Of a stretch of DNA of 64,000 bases, positions 61,752 to 64,000 are shown piece by piece. Location of the stretch: NCBI GenBank assembly GCA_044222185.1, contig JBGANV010000002.1, forward strand, positions 160,001-224,000, written 5' to 3'. Source of the stretch: Planctomycetota bacterium (GTDB taxonomy: Bacteria; Planctomycetota; GCA-002687715; CAIWVZ01). Under the pieces are notes generated by a model. That model was given only the letters and a program-made list of their open reading frames with translations. It did no database searches and was not told the origin of the DNA. Made by a program: the position numbers and the translations under genes. How positions within the stretch are numbered: position 1 is the stretch's first letter; the number at the start of each line of letters is the position of its first letter.

Positions 61752-64000
61752 ATGACTTCCCAAACGACTCTCACCGCGTCCGCAGTCGCCGTGGCGCTCG
61801 TCGTCACGTTCACCGCATCAGCACAGACCTACCCCGTTCGAACGCTGAGCGGATCCACGTTGACGGGAGGATTCGCAACCGCACTGGCCGTGTGTTCCGA
61901 CGTGGATGGTGACGGCCACGCGGACATCGTCACGGGATCCCCCGAGGCTGGAACGGGAACGGGACACGTGAAGGTGTTCTCCGGATCGACCGGCGAGAAT
62001 CTCCTGTGCGTGTCCGACCTCGATCGCCGGTTCGGCTTCGCGCTCGCGGCATCGACCGTCGACGGGCTGCCGACGCTCGTCATCGGCGTTCCCGACGATC
62101 GGCTCGGCGGGCTGCAGTTCGGCGGCGGGTTCCGCGTCATGCATGTGGCGCGAGCTCGGACCGTACAGGGAGTCCTCTCGGGCGAGCGCCTGGGATCCGC
62201 CCTCGCCGGCATCGGCGACGTCGATGGCGACTTCGTGCCCGACTTCATCGCGGGAGCGCCGAACGCCGCGACCACGTTCATCGCTGGACGAGCCCGCGTG
62301 ATCTCTGGCCGTACGGGGACGGTGATCCGCACGCACACGGGATCTCCGCTGACGAACTTGCGGTTCGGCGCCAGTGCTTGCGGCCTCGGCGACGTGGATG
62401 GTGACGACGTGCCCGATTACGCGATCGGGGATCCCAAGGCCGACGCCGCCGGCGCCGACTCCGGTCAAGTGAAGATCTTCTCCGGCGCCACCGGCGCGAC
62501 GCTGCACACCTTCAACGGCGGGCCCGGGGACGAGTTCGGCGAGGTGCTGGTCGGCGTGGGGAACTTCGCGCCGAATGGTCAGAACCTCGAGCCGGGATTG
62601 GCCGTCGGCGCCCCGCACGCATCCGGCGGACCCGGCGCGCCAGCGTCAGGCTACGTCCGCGTGATCCGCGCCACGTCGGGCACGACGGCGTACACGCTCA
62701 CTGCTCCCGCGCTCGCCGGAGCGCTGTTCGGGTCGGCGCTCACCATTCCGAACACGCCCGCGACGGTCCTCGGCAACGGCCTGATCGTGGGTCGGCCGGG
62801 TGCGACGGTAGGAGGCGCGACGGGCGCAGGCGAGATCCGCTACTTCAACCTCACGACGGGGGCGCTCTCCGCGATCATCCAGAACCCCCAGCCGGGACAG
62901 GCAGACCAGTTCGGCGCGTCGCTCGCGCGAGGATTCCATCCGACGGGAGTGAACGACGATTACGAGATCGCCGTGGGCGCTCCCAATGGCGGTCCGAACG
63001 ACGTCGGCGTCGTGTACGTGTTCGCGGGAACGGGCCCGCTTCTCACGCAGATCCAGGGCGCGCAGCCCGGCGAGAGCTTCGGTCGGACGGTCGCCTTCGT
63101 GGGCGACGTGGACGGGGACGATCGCCCGGAACTGGCGGTGGGTTCGCCGACGTTCGGCGGAACCGCCGGTCGCGTCTCCACCTGGTCCGGATCCAACGGC
63201 ACGTTCGTCCGCGAGTGGCTCGGAGCGAACGGAGACAGCCTGGGATCGAGCCTCGCCGCCGCCGGGAACCCGATCTACGACAGGCCGATCGCGGGTGGTG
63301 TCCTCATGGGCGCCCCCTTCGCTGGCGTGGGACTTGCCGCCAACGCAGGGCAGGTCAGGACGTCGTTCGCCTACGAGATGGACGTCATCAGGAACCCGTC
63401 CGTGACGGGTGTCACCGAACACCTGGGCTCGGCCTGCGCCTTCGTCGGTGACGTCGACGCCGACGGAGCCGATGACTTCGCCGTGGGTGCGCCCGAGGCG
63501 ATCGCTGGCGGACCGGACGCGGGAAGCATCACGATCTTCTCCGGTCGCACGCATCAGCCGCTCCGGACGTCGACGTCACCGAGCGCCGGTGAGCATTTCG
63601 GCGCAGCCGTCGACGGGGTCGGAGACGTGGACGGAGATGGCGTTCCGGACGTGGCCACCGGTTGCCCGGGCGCGGACAACGTCCCGTTGGCGACCAACGT
63701 CGGACGGATTCGCATCGTCTCCGGTGCCAGCGGGGCCACCATCCGTTCGATCCTCGGATCGACGTCCGGCGAGGCGTTGGGCAGCCGGGTCGTCGGCGTG
63801 GGGGACGTGAACGGTGACGGCGTTCCCGACGTGGCGGGGGCGTCGCCCACGTTCAACCTTCTCGCCGTCGGGGCGGGAGTCGGACGCGTGCGCGCGTTCT
63901 CCGGCGCGACCGGAACGGTGCTGCGGTCGTTCAACGGAGCGTCCGCCGGGGACGCGTTCGGATCGAGCGTCGCGCGGGCCGGCGACGTCGATGGCGACGG
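61752..64000 (+). CDS. Exported FG-GAP (integrin-alpha-like) repeat protein, 3' end runs off window
   Basis: Hand translation from ATG 61752: signal peptide, repeated GDVDGDxxxD..GAP motifs; absent from ORF track. Confidence 0.88.
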   Translation, partial: MTSQTTLTASAVAVALVVTFTASAQTYPVRTLSGSTLTGGFATALAVCSDVDGDGHADIVTGSPEAGTGTGHVKVFSGSTGENLLCVSDLDRRFGFALAASTVDGLPTLVIGVPDDRLGGLQFGGGFRVMHVARARTVQGVLSGERLGSALAGIGDVDGDFVPDFIAGAPNAATTFIAGRARVISGRTGTVIRTHTGSPLTNLRFGASACGLGDVDGDDVPDYAIGDPKADAAGADSGQVKIFSGATGATLHTFNGGPGDEFGEVLVGVGNFAPNGQNLEPGLAVGAPHASGGPGAPASGYVRVIRATSGTTAYTLTAPALAGALFGSALTIPNTPATVLGNGLIVGRPGATVGGATGAGEIRYFNLTTGALSAIIQNPQPGQADQFGASLARGFHPTGVNDDYEIAVGAPNGGPNDVGVVYVFAGTGPLLTQIQGAQPGESFGRTVAFVGDVDGDDRPELAVGSPTFGGTAGRVSTWSGSNGTFVREWLGANGDSLGSSLAAAGNPIYDRPIAGGVLMGAPFAGVGLAANAGQVRTSFAYEMDVIRNPSVTGVTEHLGSACAFVGDVDADGADDFAVGAPEAIAGGPDAGSITIFSGRTHQPLRTSTSPSAGEHFGAAVDGVGDVDGDGVPDVATGCPGADNVPLATNVGRIRIVSGASGATIRSILGSTSGEALGSRVVGVGDVNGDGVPDVAGASPTFNLLAVGAGVGRVRAFSGATGTVLRSFNGASAGDAFGSSVARAGDVDGD

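Overview
High-GC bacterial chromosomal window; FG-GAP proteins, prepilin-like genes and large exported proteins suggest Planctomycetota, which is an inference only. Ordinary content: a HAMP sensor, four GT4 glycosyltransferases, TerC, an SGNH/GH29 fusion, an M64 peptidase, a minor-pilin cluster, two amidohydrolases, a CoA-transferase, yqeY, gyrA, ftsH and a CHAT/ECF-sigma/anti-sigma module. The main result is a diversity-generating retroelement (DGR) at about 39.5-47.8 kb. An intact DGR-type RT and an HTH/Avd-like gene lie between two convergent NLR-like genes (effector domain-NACHT-FGE/C-type-lectin). Their 3' ends are 177-bp inverted repeats whose 12 coding differences all fall in amino-acid-changing codons. 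I found no template repeat (TR) in the window, the Avd-like gene looks cut short where the TR would normally sit, and one target has an in-frame TAG. Also present: a selenocysteine formate dehydrogenase (in-frame UGA plus SECIS, split by the ORF track), a third STAND NTPase, and a structured non-coding repeat with a 283-bp period at two loci in opposite orientation. All domain calls come from motif reading, not database searches.
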